This document shows, in pieces, positions 17,348 to 27,593 of a stretch of DNA of 59,869 nucleotides. The translations under genes and the position numbers were made by a program. The stretch is from Acidobacteriota bacterium (lineage in GTDB: Bacteria; Acidobacteriota; Vicinamibacteria; Vicinamibacterales; 2-12-FULL-66-21). Each line of letters begins with the position of its first letter. The stretch's first letter is position 1. The notes beneath the pieces were generated by a model. That model saw only the letters and a list, made by a program, of their open reading frames with translations, ran no database searches and was not told where the DNA came from. Location: the NCBI GenBank assembly GCA_039648985.1, contig JBBWZJ010000131.1, positions 1 to 59,869 of the forward strand, given 5' to 3'.

Positions 17348-19636
17348 ATGACGCTCCGTTCGATGTGCACGACGATGATGGTGGCCTTCTGCATCCTTGC
17401 CGGGCAGCGCCTCGTGTCGACCCAGACCGCGCCCGGGGGCACGTACTTCATCACGGACCTCGGAACCCTGGGCGGCACCGAGAGCCAGGCGCTGGGCCTG
17501 AGCGCACGCGGCATCCAGACCGTCGGCAGCGCCCGTCGGGCCGACGGCAGCAGCCATGCCTTCGTGTTCGACGGTGCGATGACCGATCTCGGCACGCTGG
17601 GCGGCGCCGCCAGTGCGGCGACCGACATCAACGGCGCCGGCGAAGTGGTCGGCCGCGCCCAGACGACGACGGGCCGCACGAACGCGTTTGTGTATTCGGC
17701 CGCCGGCGGCATGCGGTCGCTGGGTACGCTTGGGGGGAGCCAGAGCGAGGCGGCCGCGATCAACGAATCTGGAGAGATCGTCGGCAAGTCCGACACCGCG
17801 GGCAATGCCGCCAGCCGGGCGTTCATCTACCGCAACGGCGCCATGACGCTCCTCGGGGGCACCTTCGGCGGGACCAACAGCGCGGCGACGGCGATTACCG
17901 ACTACGGTGAAGCCGCCGGCTGGGCCTCGACCGCGGGCAACGCCACGGTGCACGCCTTCTGGTACAGCGGCGGCGTCACGACGGACCTCGGGTCGCTCGG
18001 CACCGCGAGCGAGGCCCTGGGGCTGAATGACGCCGGGCAAGTCGTCGGTCGATCGACACTGCCAAGCGGGGTGCGGCATGCGTTTCTCTACAGCGACGGC
18101 GTGATGCGCGACCTGGGGACGCTCGGCGGCCCCAACAGCGAAGCGGCGGGGATCAACTACTCCGGATCTACGCGGATCGTCGGCACCTCGGACGTCGCCG
18201 GCGGGGGCACGCACGCCTTCGTGTACGAGAACGGCACCATGACGGATCTCAACTCGCGCCTGCCAGCCGGTTCGGGCTGGGTGCTCGAGGCGGCCACGGC
18301 GATCAACGACTCGGGGGAGATCGTCGGGTGGGGGCAGGTCAACGGTCAGCGGCACGGGTTCCGGCTCACACCCCCCGTCACCCTGGCGCTGCGGCCTTTC
18401 GGCGTGCTGTCGAACGAGGACAGCAACATTCCACGCAACGGCGTGCAGGTCGGGCGTTCGGTGACGTTCGTCACGTCGGTCGTCGTGACGTCCGACGGGA
18501 CCGCACGGAACGTCGTGTTCACCGATGCGATGAGTGGCGCCCTCGACATCGAGTCGGTCCGCCTGTATCACGACGCCGGGACGTGCAGCGTCGCGCAGAA
18601 GACAGTCACGTGCCGCTTCCCGACTCTCGGGTTCGCCGGATTCTTCGAGGAGGAGGTCTGGGTCCGTGTGCGTGTCACGGCCCCCGGCGCGTTCTCCCAC
18701 ACGGCCCACGCAACAGCGGACAACTCCGTGCCGGACGGCGGGGTCGACACAGTCGAGGAGCACAACATCGGGATCGCGCTCGCGTCTTTCGCGCTGTCGG
18801 CGACGTCAACCGCTGGCGGAACCGCCGTGTCGGCCAAGGCGACCCTGACCTCCCTCGCCCCATACGGTGGGGCGGTCGTCTCGATCGTGAGCAGCAATCC
18901 GGCCGTCGCGCCGGTGCCGGCTCAGCTCATCGTGCAGCTTCCGACGAACACGCGATCGTTCAACATCGTGCCGGCCGTCGTCTCTCAGCCGACACAGGTG
19001 ACCATTTCGGCCACCTACGGCCTCGTCACGCTCTCGCAGACCTTGACGGTGCTGCCGCCAGCCCTCAGCACCCTGGCGCTGAGCCGCAGCACGCTCATCG
19101 GCGCGTGTCAGACGGCCACAGCAAAGGTGACGCTCACGGGGTGGGCCCCGTCGAACGGAGCGGTGGTGTCGCTTGCGGCCACGGCAGCGGGCGTGAACAC
19201 GCCGCCGTCCGTCACGGTGCCGGCAGGCACCAGGAGCGCAACCGTGACCGTTTCCGCACGGGCGGTGTCGACGATCAACGCAGGTACGTTTACGGCCTCC
19301 TACGGTGGCGTATCCAAGTCGCTCAATCTCACGGTCCGCCCGATCTACCTCCAGAGCGTCGCGCTGACGCCGACGTCCACCCCGGGAGGCGGCTCAGTCA
19401 GCGGCGTCGCGACGGCGGAATGCGCCGCGCCGTCCGGAGGGCTGTCGGTCGCCCTTTCCAGCACGAATCCGGCGGTGGCCACTCCGACCACCTCGTCGAT
19501 CGTCCTTGCGGCGGGTTCGACGAAAGGCAGCTTCAGCGTGCGCACGACGAAGCCCGCCGCGACGACGACCGTCACGATCAGGGCGTCGGCACATGCGGTG
19601 ACGAAGAGCGCGGCGCTGACCGTGACGCCAAACTAG
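17348..19636 (+). CDS. Secreted HAF-repeat protein with DUF11-like domain and three C-terminal Ig-like repeats
   Basis: I trimmed the start to the ATG at 17348 (MTLRSMCTTMMVAFCILAG..., preceded by AGGTGA). About 7 repeats of the form DLGTLGG-x-S-x-A-x-(D/G)IN-x-x-G-x-VVG...HAF are present. They are followed by a DUF11-like segment and three repeats of about 100 aa (e.g. ...VSAKATLTSLAPYGGAVVSIVSSNPAVAPVP...). Confidence 0.8.
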   Translation: MTLRSMCTTMMVAFCILAGQRLVSTQTAPGGTYFITDLGTLGGTESQALGLSARGIQTVGSARRADGSSHAFVFDGAMTDLGTLGGAASAATDINGAGEVVGRAQTTTGRTNAFVYSAAGGMRSLGTLGGSQSEAAAINESGEIVGKSDTAGNAASRAFIYRNGAMTLLGGTFGGTNSAATAITDYGEAAGWASTAGNATVHAFWYSGGVTTDLGSLGTASEALGLNDAGQVVGRSTLPSGVRHAFLYSDGVMRDLGTLGGPNSEAAGINYSGSTRIVGTSDVAGGGTHAFVYENGTMTDLNSRLPAGSGWVLEAATAINDSGEIVGWGQVNGQRHGFRLTPPVTLALRPFGVLSNEDSNIPRNGVQVGRSVTFVTSVVVTSDGTARNVVFTDAMSGALDIESVRLYHDAGTCSVAQKTVTCRFPTLGFAGFFEEEVWVRVRVTAPGAFSHTAHATADNSVPDGGVDTVEEHNIGIALASFALSATSTAGGTAVSAKATLTSLAPYGGAVVSIVSSNPAVAPVPAQLIVQLPTNTRSFNIVPAVVSQPTQVTISATYGLVTLSQTLTVLPPALSTLALSRSTLIGACQTATAKVTLTGWAPSNGAVVSLAATAAGVNTPPSVTVPAGTRSATVTVSARAVSTINAGTFTASYGGVSKSLNLTVRPIYLQSVALTPTSTPGGGSVSGVATAECAAPSGGLSVALSSTNPAVATPTTSSIVLAAGSTKGSFSVRTTKPAATTTVTIRASAHAVTKSAALTVTPN

Positions 19637-19723
19637 CCTCTCCGGGGTGTTGGCGACGGTCGAAGCACGCGATCGCCGCGCGCCGGCAGCGCGTCACAGG
19701 TGCACTTACGGGCAGACTTCACC

Positions 19724-19767
19724 GGAGGGGCATGGGAGGGGCAACGGCACCAGCGCCATGCCCCTCC
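19724..19767. terminator. Perfect 12-bp hairpin between convergent genes (possible bidirectional terminator)
   Basis: GGAGGGGCATGG (19724-19735) and CCATGCCCCTCC (19756-19767) are exact reverse complements separated by a 20-nt loop. The hairpin lies between the stop of the HAF gene (19636) and the stop of the crystallin gene (19823). It has no clear U-tract. Confidence 0.4.
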
Positions 19768-19822
19768 CCCGGGATGGTGCAGGTTTCTGTCCAGGCTACA
19801 GGCTCGCAACGGCTGCCGCCGG

Positions 19823-20488
19823 TCAGAACACCCGGATCGACGAGACATCGTCGTGCCACTTACCGCGGAGATTCGGCACGTCGGACCGGATCTCGGTGGA
19901 GCGACCGCGGAGGTTCCGGTCCTTGAAGATGCGCACCTCGGCGCCGAAGACGCGGATGGACGAGATGCTGTCGTTGAAGCCGCGCGGCAGCCCCGTGTAC
20001 GTCGCGCCGCGCGGCGCGCAGAAATACGGGCCGCGGAACTCGGCATCCTTGTAGAAACACGCGCCCTCGCGCGGCTGCGGCTCGGTGGTGCCCCAGACCG
20101 GCGCCCGATCGCCCCGCCAGCCGCCGGCGCCCCGGCCGACTTCGACCGACGAAATCTGATCGTTCCAGCCTTCGCGTTTCAGATCCCGTATGTCGCCGAG
20201 AAAGCGCGCCGATCGTCCGCGCAGGTCCTTGTCCCGGAACACCGTCACGTCAGCCGCGCCAAGGACGCGCACCGACGAGATCCGATCGCCCATGCCGTCG
20301 GGCAGTGAGCGCAGCCGTTCGCCAGGCTGCACGCAGAAATAGCGACCGTGGAAGTTCCGATTTTCGAAAAAGCAGGCTGCCGCCTGGGGCATGCGTTCGC
20401 GGCCCCAGCGCGGCTGCGCGCTCGCAACCTCGGCGCGGATCAGGCTGAACAGCGCGATCACACACGCGATCATCTTGCGGTTCCTCAT
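19823..20488 (-). CDS. Secreted two-domain beta/gamma-crystallin-fold protein
   Basis: I trimmed the start to the ATG at 20488 (MRNRKMIACVIALFSLIRAEVASA, RBS GGGAGAG). There are four Greek-key units: FFENRNFHG and FYKDAEFRG (Y/F-x4-Y/F-x-G), plus four Ca-site-like motifs GDRISSV, NDQISSV, NDSISSI and HDDVSSI. Confidence 0.8.
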   Translation of the reverse strand: MRNRKMIACVIALFSLIRAEVASAQPRWGRERMPQAAACFFENRNFHGRYFCVQPGERLRSLPDGMGDRISSVRVLGAADVTVFRDKDLRGRSARFLGDIRDLKREGWNDQISSVEVGRGAGGWRGDRAPVWGTTEPQPREGACFYKDAEFRGPYFCAPRGATYTGLPRGFNDSISSIRVFGAEVRIFKDRNLRGRSTEIRSDVPNLRGKWHDDVSSIRVF

Positions 20489-20700
20489 GGTGCGTCTCTC
20501 CCATTGCAGATGCAGCTCACGCTGCTCCGCAGTGTGCGTCGCCGCCCTGGGCCTGTCAATTCCGCCGGATCGCACGGCCGGTCCCAGGGAGAGCCGCGCG
20601 ATCGGGGACGGTGCGCCCGCCCGTGGTCAGCTGCCTCCATCACTTCGCGCAGGTCCGCGGTCCGTGTATCCTGCACAGCGCGGGAACCCGAGGAGGCGCA

Positions 20701-21582
20701 ATGGCGAGCGGCGGGGCCGTCACAAGGCGAACGTTCGTGGTCACGGGCGCAGCAGCGCTGCTGTCGGCGCGGGCACCACGCGGCGCGCGATCCGTGACGG
20801 CGCGGGAGGTGGTCGGCCGCATTCAGGCCCACGTGGGCGTGCCGTGGCGCGAGAAGACCGTTGACGGGTTCAAAGCCGGCGACCCCGACACCGCGGTGAC
20901 CGGCATCGCCACGACCGTGATGGCCACTCTCGACGTTCTGCATCAGGCCGCCGCGGCGGGGCGCAACCTCATCGTCACTCACGAACCCACGTTCCAGGGG
21001 GGCGCCGACGACGCGGGGCCACGCGGGAGCGATCCGGTGTATCTCGCGAAACAGGCGTACATCAACGAGCATCGGCTCGTGATCTGGCGGTTCGCCCATC
21101 ACTGGCTCGCGCGGCGCCCGGCCGAGTTCACGCGCGCCCTGGGGACGGCGCTTGGATGGGCCGCAGGGCGCGATCCGGCAAACGAGCGGCTGTACACGGT
21201 CCCGGCGACGACCGTCGCCGGCGTTGCGGCGCACATCCGGACGCATCTGCAGATTCGCGGCGGCATACGCCTCGTCGGTCGCGCAGACGCGCCGGTCCGT
21301 CGAATCGTACTCAGTCCCGGCACCACGGATCTCGCGAGCACCGTCGCCAACCTGCGCGATGCCGACCTGCTCGTGAGCGGAGAGCCGCGCGAATGGGAGG
21401 TGGTGGAGTACGTCGCGGACACAGCCGCCGCGGGGACGCCGCGCGCGCTGATTGCGATTGGACGCGTCGTCTCAGAAGAACCAGGCATGCGCGCCTGCGC
21501 CACATGGCTGCGGACCGTCGTGGCGGGCGTGCCGGTCCAGGCGATCGCGACAGGAGATCCTTATTGGAGGCCGGCCGTATGA
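20701..21582 (+). CDS. Nif3/YbgI-like protein with twin-arginine (Tat) type signal
   Basis: I trimmed the start to the ATG at 20701 (RBS GAGGAGG 5 nt upstream). The N-terminus MASGGAVTRRTFVVTGAAALLSARA looks like a Tat signal. The Nif3-like core is visible (VTGIATTVMATLDVLHQAAAAGRNLIVTHEPTF). Confidence 0.8.
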   Translation: MASGGAVTRRTFVVTGAAALLSARAPRGARSVTAREVVGRIQAHVGVPWREKTVDGFKAGDPDTAVTGIATTVMATLDVLHQAAAAGRNLIVTHEPTFQGGADDAGPRGSDPVYLAKQAYINEHRLVIWRFAHHWLARRPAEFTRALGTALGWAAGRDPANERLYTVPATTVAGVAAHIRTHLQIRGGIRLVGRADAPVRRIVLSPGTTDLASTVANLRDADLLVSGEPREWEVVEYVADTAAAGTPRALIAIGRVVSEEPGMRACATWLRTVVAGVPVQAIATGDPYWRPAV

Positions 21583-22361
21583 CGGCCCGCGAGCTCGTCG
21601 CCCGGATCCAGGAGAAGGTGGCCGCGGAAGGCATCGCGTGGCGCGCCGAGACGCGCGACACGTTCAAGGCAGGCGATCCCTCGACCGTCGTACGAGGCGT
21701 CGCCACGACCGGCATGGCCACATTCGACGTCCTGAAACGTGCGGCGGCCGCGGACGCGAACTTCGTCGTCACGCACGAACCCACGTTCTACAACGACAAG
21801 GACCTCACCGACGGACTCGAGACCGACCCGACGTACGTTGCGAAACAGCGTTACATCGCCGCGAACGGACTGGTGATCTGGAGGTTCCACGATCACGCGC
21901 ACGCACTGCGGCCAGACCCGCTCATCGCGGGTTCGGTGCGCGCGCTCGGCTGGACACAGTACGCGACACCGGGCGACCCGCGGCTGTACGTGATGCCCTC
22001 GACCACCCTGCGGGCCCTCGCCGCGGACGTCGCCAGGCGCCTGAACGATCACGGGCTTCGCGTCGTCGGGGATCCGGACATGCGCGTGAGTCGAATTGCA
22101 CTCGGTCCCGGGTATGGGATCCCGCCCCTCACGGCTGACATCGACGTGGCGATCGGCGGCGAAGCGGCCGAAGCCGGCGGCAACGCCGAATACGCCATGG
22201 ATGCGGCCGCCGCCGGGCGCCCGCGCGGCATGATCGTCCTGGGCCATCTGATGTCGGAGGATTACGGGATGCAGGAAATCGCGGACTGGCTGCACACCTT
22301 TCTGTCGGATGTGCCGATCCGCTTCATCCCTGCCGGCGAGCCCTTCTCGAACGTCCAGTGA
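21579..22361 (+). CDS. Nif3/YbgI-like dinuclear-metal-centre family protein (no signal peptide)
   Basis: The start overlaps the upstream stop (ATGA at 21579-21582), and GGAGG lies 9 nt upstream. The core reads VRGVATTGMATFDVLKRAAAADANFVVTHEPTF, with later WRFHDHAH and LGHLMSEDYG (GHxxSE-type ligand region). Confidence 0.85.
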   Translation: MTARELVARIQEKVAAEGIAWRAETRDTFKAGDPSTVVRGVATTGMATFDVLKRAAAADANFVVTHEPTFYNDKDLTDGLETDPTYVAKQRYIAANGLVIWRFHDHAHALRPDPLIAGSVRALGWTQYATPGDPRLYVMPSTTLRALAADVARRLNDHGLRVVGDPDMRVSRIALGPGYGIPPLTADIDVAIGGEAAEAGGNAEYAMDAAAAGRPRGMIVLGHLMSEDYGMQEIADWLHTFLSDVPIRFIPAGEPFSNVQ

Positions 22362-22544
22362 GCGCCCCGGTCGCGACGACGCGAGCTCTGCGCGGCCGCC
22401 GAAGTCATTAGGTCCGGTACCTCAATCGAACTACACTGAGACTTCACCAAGATTTCCATCCTGTTCAGCAGGCGGACACTCCACCGGTGAATGCCTTCCC
22501 GCTGACGGCAGCGCTGTCTGCAGGGATTCCCGAGGGACCAGCCA

Positions 22545-23183
22545 ATGGCGTCGACGCGATCCGCGAGTTCGTTTTGCGTGCTCCTCGTCGACAGCGACGC
22601 CAGGACGCGTGAGATGTACGCCATCGCGCTGACCGCGGCCGGGTTCGTCGTTCTCCATGCGGGCGACGGCGTCGAGGCGCTGCGGTGCGCGTCGAAGTCC
22701 ACGCCGGATGTAATCGCGACGGACGTGCAGATTCCCGGGATGGACGGAATGACGCTCATCTCGTGCCTCCAGGGGGATGTGCGCACAGCGGGGATCCCGG
22801 TGATTGTAGTCACGGCCGCCGGGGAGGTCACGAGCCGGGCAGGCACGGCCGTCCGTCCCGCCGCGTTCCTGCCCAAGCCGTGTCCGCCGGATGTGCTCGT
22901 CGCCGAGGTGTCCCGGCTGATCGACGTGGCGCACCCTTCGTACCCGCTCGCCGCGGCCAGGCTGATGGAACACACGCGCCTTCAGGCGTGCACTCTTCGG
23001 CTGCGTCAGAAGCACGCGACGCTGCATCGGGACCGGGCTCCGTTCGATGTCCTCGATCACCACGAGCACCTCGAGGCGCTGCGCAAACACAGGGCCGCGC
23101 TGCTCACGCACAAGCGCCGCCTTCGCGTCACGTCCCCGATTCGATTCCCGACGCCGCCGCCAATTGCGCCCCGACCGGCGTAA
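22545..23183 (+). CDS. Orphan response regulator (receiver domain plus about 90-aa helical C-terminal extension, no recognisable output domain)
   Basis: CheY-like landmarks are present: VLLVDSD, DVIATDVQIPGMDG, IPVIVVTA and LPKP. The C-terminal tail is rich in H/R/L. No DNA-binding or AAA+ motif is seen. Confidence 0.85.
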   Translation: MASTRSASSFCVLLVDSDARTREMYAIALTAAGFVVLHAGDGVEALRCASKSTPDVIATDVQIPGMDGMTLISCLQGDVRTAGIPVIVVTAAGEVTSRAGTAVRPAAFLPKPCPPDVLVAEVSRLIDVAHPSYPLAAARLMEHTRLQACTLRLRQKHATLHRDRAPFDVLDHHEHLEALRKHRAALLTHKRRLRVTSPIRFPTPPPIAPRPA

Positions 23184-23202
23184 TCGCACCGGGTCGTGGG
23201 GA

Positions 23203-23245
23203 CTGGCACCTTGGCACCCTTGGCACCCTTGGCACCCCTGGCACG
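23203..23245. repeat. Tandem 8-9-nt repeat, about 5 units of (C/T)TGGCACC(C)
   Basis: It reads directly as CTGGCACC TTGGCACCC TTGGCACCC TTGGCACCC CTGGCACG. It is intergenic, lying 20 nt after the response-regulator stop. Confidence 0.9.
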
Positions 23246-23350
23246 ACATGATCAATCCGCCCCCGAGCGCCTTGCCGGTAGTTTGGTATGCTGCGGGGAC
23301 GCTGCGCGGCTTGCCAGAGAGCGGCGCGAAACGCGTGTTGAAGGAGATCC

Positions 23351-23635
23351 ATGGCAGTGAGTGACTTGCGTGTATGGGCCGTCAAGGGGGCCGAGCAACG
23401 GCTCGCCGAGATCGCCGAAGAAGCCCGGGCTATCTTCCGGGCGTTTCCGGAACTGCGGGCCAAGGGTCGCGGGTTCGGCGGGGCGTCCGCCGACAACGGC
23501 GCGGAGTCGCGTCGGCCGCGCCGCAGAGCGCGGAAGAGGCCTCCCATGTCGGCGGCAGCACGAAAGGCTGTCGGTGCACGGATGAAGAAGTACTGGGCCG
23601 AGCGACGGAAATCGGCGGCAAAGCCCAAAGGATAG
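23351..23635 (+). CDS. Small basic hypothetical protein (94 aa)
   Basis: A strong RBS is present (AAGGAGATCC-ATG). The N-terminus is helical (EQRLAEIAEEARAIFRAFPEL) and the C-terminus is Arg/Lys-rich (RRPRRRARKRPPMSAAARKAVGARMKKYWAERRK). The stop lies 2 nt before the peptidase start. Confidence 0.6.
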   Translation: MAVSDLRVWAVKGAEQRLAEIAEEARAIFRAFPELRAKGRGFGGASADNGAESRRPRRRARKRPPMSAAARKAVGARMKKYWAERRKSAAKPKG

Positions 23636-23637
23636 CC

Positions 23638-25713
<2,076 letters not shown>

Positions 25714-26124
25714 TCGCTCGAGCGCACGCCGAATGCCGGCAGGATTTCGGCCGCGCACCTTCCGCTAACCTCCGTCGATCAGACTGACGCAGTGGCATCA
25801 GTCACTGATATCGTCCGACTCCGGCTCAGGGAGCGCAATGCTCGTCAGCCTGGGCGCCGGTCTGGGATCACGCGGCGCACGAACGCCTGAATCGGGGGGG
25901 CCCTGATCGTCCTCAGGGATCTCCATCAACTCATAACGGTCGAACACCATTTCGAATGGTGCCGCGTCCCCGTGTTCGAGAGCGCAGGTCGGTCGCGTAG
26001 CCACACATGTCCGCGAGCGGCACGCGGCGTGCGGTCACAAAAACACAAACTGGCACAGAACGGCGAGGGACCGTCGACGCCCCTCGAGTACGTGCCTACC
26101 GCGCCTGGCGCAGGCTGAACCGGG

Positions 26125-27093
26125 TCACCTACCGAGCGCCGCAGGACGGCCGGGCCACTGAGTACGGTCGAGCGCGGCACGGTCCCACTTCCCCAGCGTC
26201 GCCGCCTGCTCGTACGTCGTCTGGATGAATTCAGCGATCGCGCGATCTGGCGACTCTGCCTGTCGCACGGCGTCGTACGGCAGGATGAACTCGTTCAACT
26301 CGCGGTGGTAGTACGCCGCGGCGGGACTCACCCGCGCGTTCTTCAGCCCGTCGGGCTCCGGGACTGCGTACGCGTAGAAGGCCGGCTCCATCACCGGTCC
26401 GCTCCCGGGCCAGAACCCATGGCTGATCACCTCGTGAGAGTAGGCGTCCTGCATGAACGCCGGACCATCGCGCGGCGGCGCCGCCCGTCCTGAGAACCGC
26501 GTCACGGCGAGATCGAAGCTGCCCCAGAAAAACTGGACGGGGCTGCATTTGCCGACGAAGTCGCACCGGGACTCCGTGAAGACGCGCTCCACCTGGACCA
26601 GGATTCTCCAGAAGCGATTCGCGTACTCCGGGTCGTAGGCGTGATGGACGGTGTCGCTGTCGAGGCGGACGGGATCAGGGATTTCCACGGCCACCGGCCA
26701 GATCTTCACCGGCAATCCCATGTCGCCGAGGATGGCCATGATTTCGCGGTAGGTGTCAGCGACGGTACGCGGCTCCAGCTTCAAGGCTCGCCGCTGGCCG
26801 TCCGATACCTGCACGATCAGTTCGTGGCCGACAAAATCGAATTCCATGGTGAACGACCGTGAATCGTGCGGCAATGGCGCGGTAGCGATGCCTCTCGCCG
26901 TGACACGGAGTGATACGCCCCACGAGTGATTGATGGGCGGTGCCAGCGCCACCGCGATTTTGCCGACGATCTGCGACCACATGTGGAGCGTGGCGTACGT
27001 GTCCTTCCACGCATCGTACGGCAGGGCGGGCCAGAGGTCCTCGCGCGACACGGTCGCTGCCGCACTTCGATCGCGTTCTCGATCAGTGCTCAT
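26125..27093 (-). CDS. Conserved hypothetical protein (resembles the DUF5996 family from memory)
   Basis: 322-aa ORF with normal composition and codon bias. The N-terminal WPALPYDAWKDTYATLHMWSQIVGKIAVALAPPINHSW matches my recollection of DUF5996 proteins. The family assignment is unverified. Confidence 0.7.
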   Translation of the reverse strand: MSTDRERDRSAAATVSREDLWPALPYDAWKDTYATLHMWSQIVGKIAVALAPPINHSWGVSLRVTARGIATAPLPHDSRSFTMEFDFVGHELIVQVSDGQRRALKLEPRTVADTYREIMAILGDMGLPVKIWPVAVEIPDPVRLDSDTVHHAYDPEYANRFWRILVQVERVFTESRCDFVGKCSPVQFFWGSFDLAVTRFSGRAAPPRDGPAFMQDAYSHEVISHGFWPGSGPVMEPAFYAYAVPEPDGLKNARVSPAAAYYHRELNEFILPYDAVRQAESPDRAIAEFIQTTYEQAATLGKWDRAALDRTQWPGRPAALGR

Positions 27094-27291
27094 TCACACA
27101 TTCCCCCGATCACGATGATGACCCCGCGAGTGACGGGAACAGCTTCAGATATACGCCGATGGCTATGTGGACGCAACCGACGCTTCTTCAAACCTGCGCG
27201 GCAATGGATCCGGCTTACCCATTTCGGGCATCACCATGCCGGACTCTGCGGCCCGGCACGGTGCGACGCCGTCGCGCTCTGCGTGTGCGGC

Positions 27292-27438
27292 TTACTTCAG
27301 GGCGTACAGACACGGAGCAACGTCGGTCGACGCGGTGAGCACGATCACAGGGATGCGCGCCGTGCAGGGCTCGCCGCGAAAGCGGCGGATCAGGTCGATC
27401 GCGTCCGCCTCCGGGATGCCGACTTCTGCGACGATGTG
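27292..27438 (-). pseudogene. Decayed receiver-domain remnant
   Basis: The translation HIVAEVGIPEADAIDLIRRFRGEPCTARIPVIVLTASTDVAPCLYALK aligns with beta3-alpha4 of the intact receiver at 22545 (DVIATDVQIPGMDGMTLISCLQGDVRTAGIPVIVVTAAG). The phospho-acceptor position is Glu. The N-terminal half is replaced by repeat-derived sequence, and a TAA cuts it before the KP-type beta5. A weak ...GKPDPLPRRFEE continues in frame after the stop. Confidence 0.45.
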
Positions 27439-27477
27439 GTTCGGGGTTCCGGGTTCGGGGTTCGGGGTTCGCGGTTC
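27436..27477. repeat. Heptanucleotide tandem array, 6 units of GGGGTTC (variants GTGGTTC, CGGGTTC, GCGGTTC)
   Basis: It reads directly as GTGGTTC GGGGTTC CGGGTTC GGGGTTC GGGGTTC GCGGTTC. On the minus strand it encodes the PEPRTPNPEPGTPN stretch of ORF 27292..27570. Confidence 0.9.
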
Positions 27478-27540
27478 CGGCGTCCCGCAAGGGGGGTTCC
27501 TGGCGCTCGGCTCACGCCTCAGCCGGTTGAGAGATGCGGA

Positions 27541-27593
27541 CGGCTGATAGCGAGAGCTGACAGCTGACACTGAGAGCTGAGAGCTGTCAGCTC
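27541..27593. repeat. Degenerate heptanucleotide array, about 7 units of A(G/C)AGCTG, containing a 12-bp inverted repeat
   Basis: It reads ...AGAGCTG ACAGCTG ACACTG AGAGCTG AGAGCTG TCAGCTC. GAGCTGACAGCT (27554-27565) is the exact reverse complement of AGCTGTCAGCTC (27582-27593). Confidence 0.85.

Noticed and set aside
23203-23260. The TGGCAC tandem array read as one or more sigma-54 promoters for the downstream small gene.
   Set aside because: With an 8-9-nt period, the next TTGGC falls 3 nt too early for the TGGCAC-N5-TTGC spacing. After the last copy the sequence is TGGCACGACATGATCA, which has no TTGC/-12 element.
25798-26004. 68-aa acidic ORF (GTG start) in the 411-bp gap between the S9 peptidase and the DUF5996-like gene.
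   Set aside because: It has no RBS, a mixed third-position bias, a Pro-rich low-complexity middle and no recognisable motif. The evidence is insufficient to call it a gene. It may deserve a look in ribosome-profiling data.
27436-27593. The heptamer arrays as a CRISPR-like array.
   Set aside because: The units are 7 nt and directly abutting, with no spacers. No cas genes are in the window.
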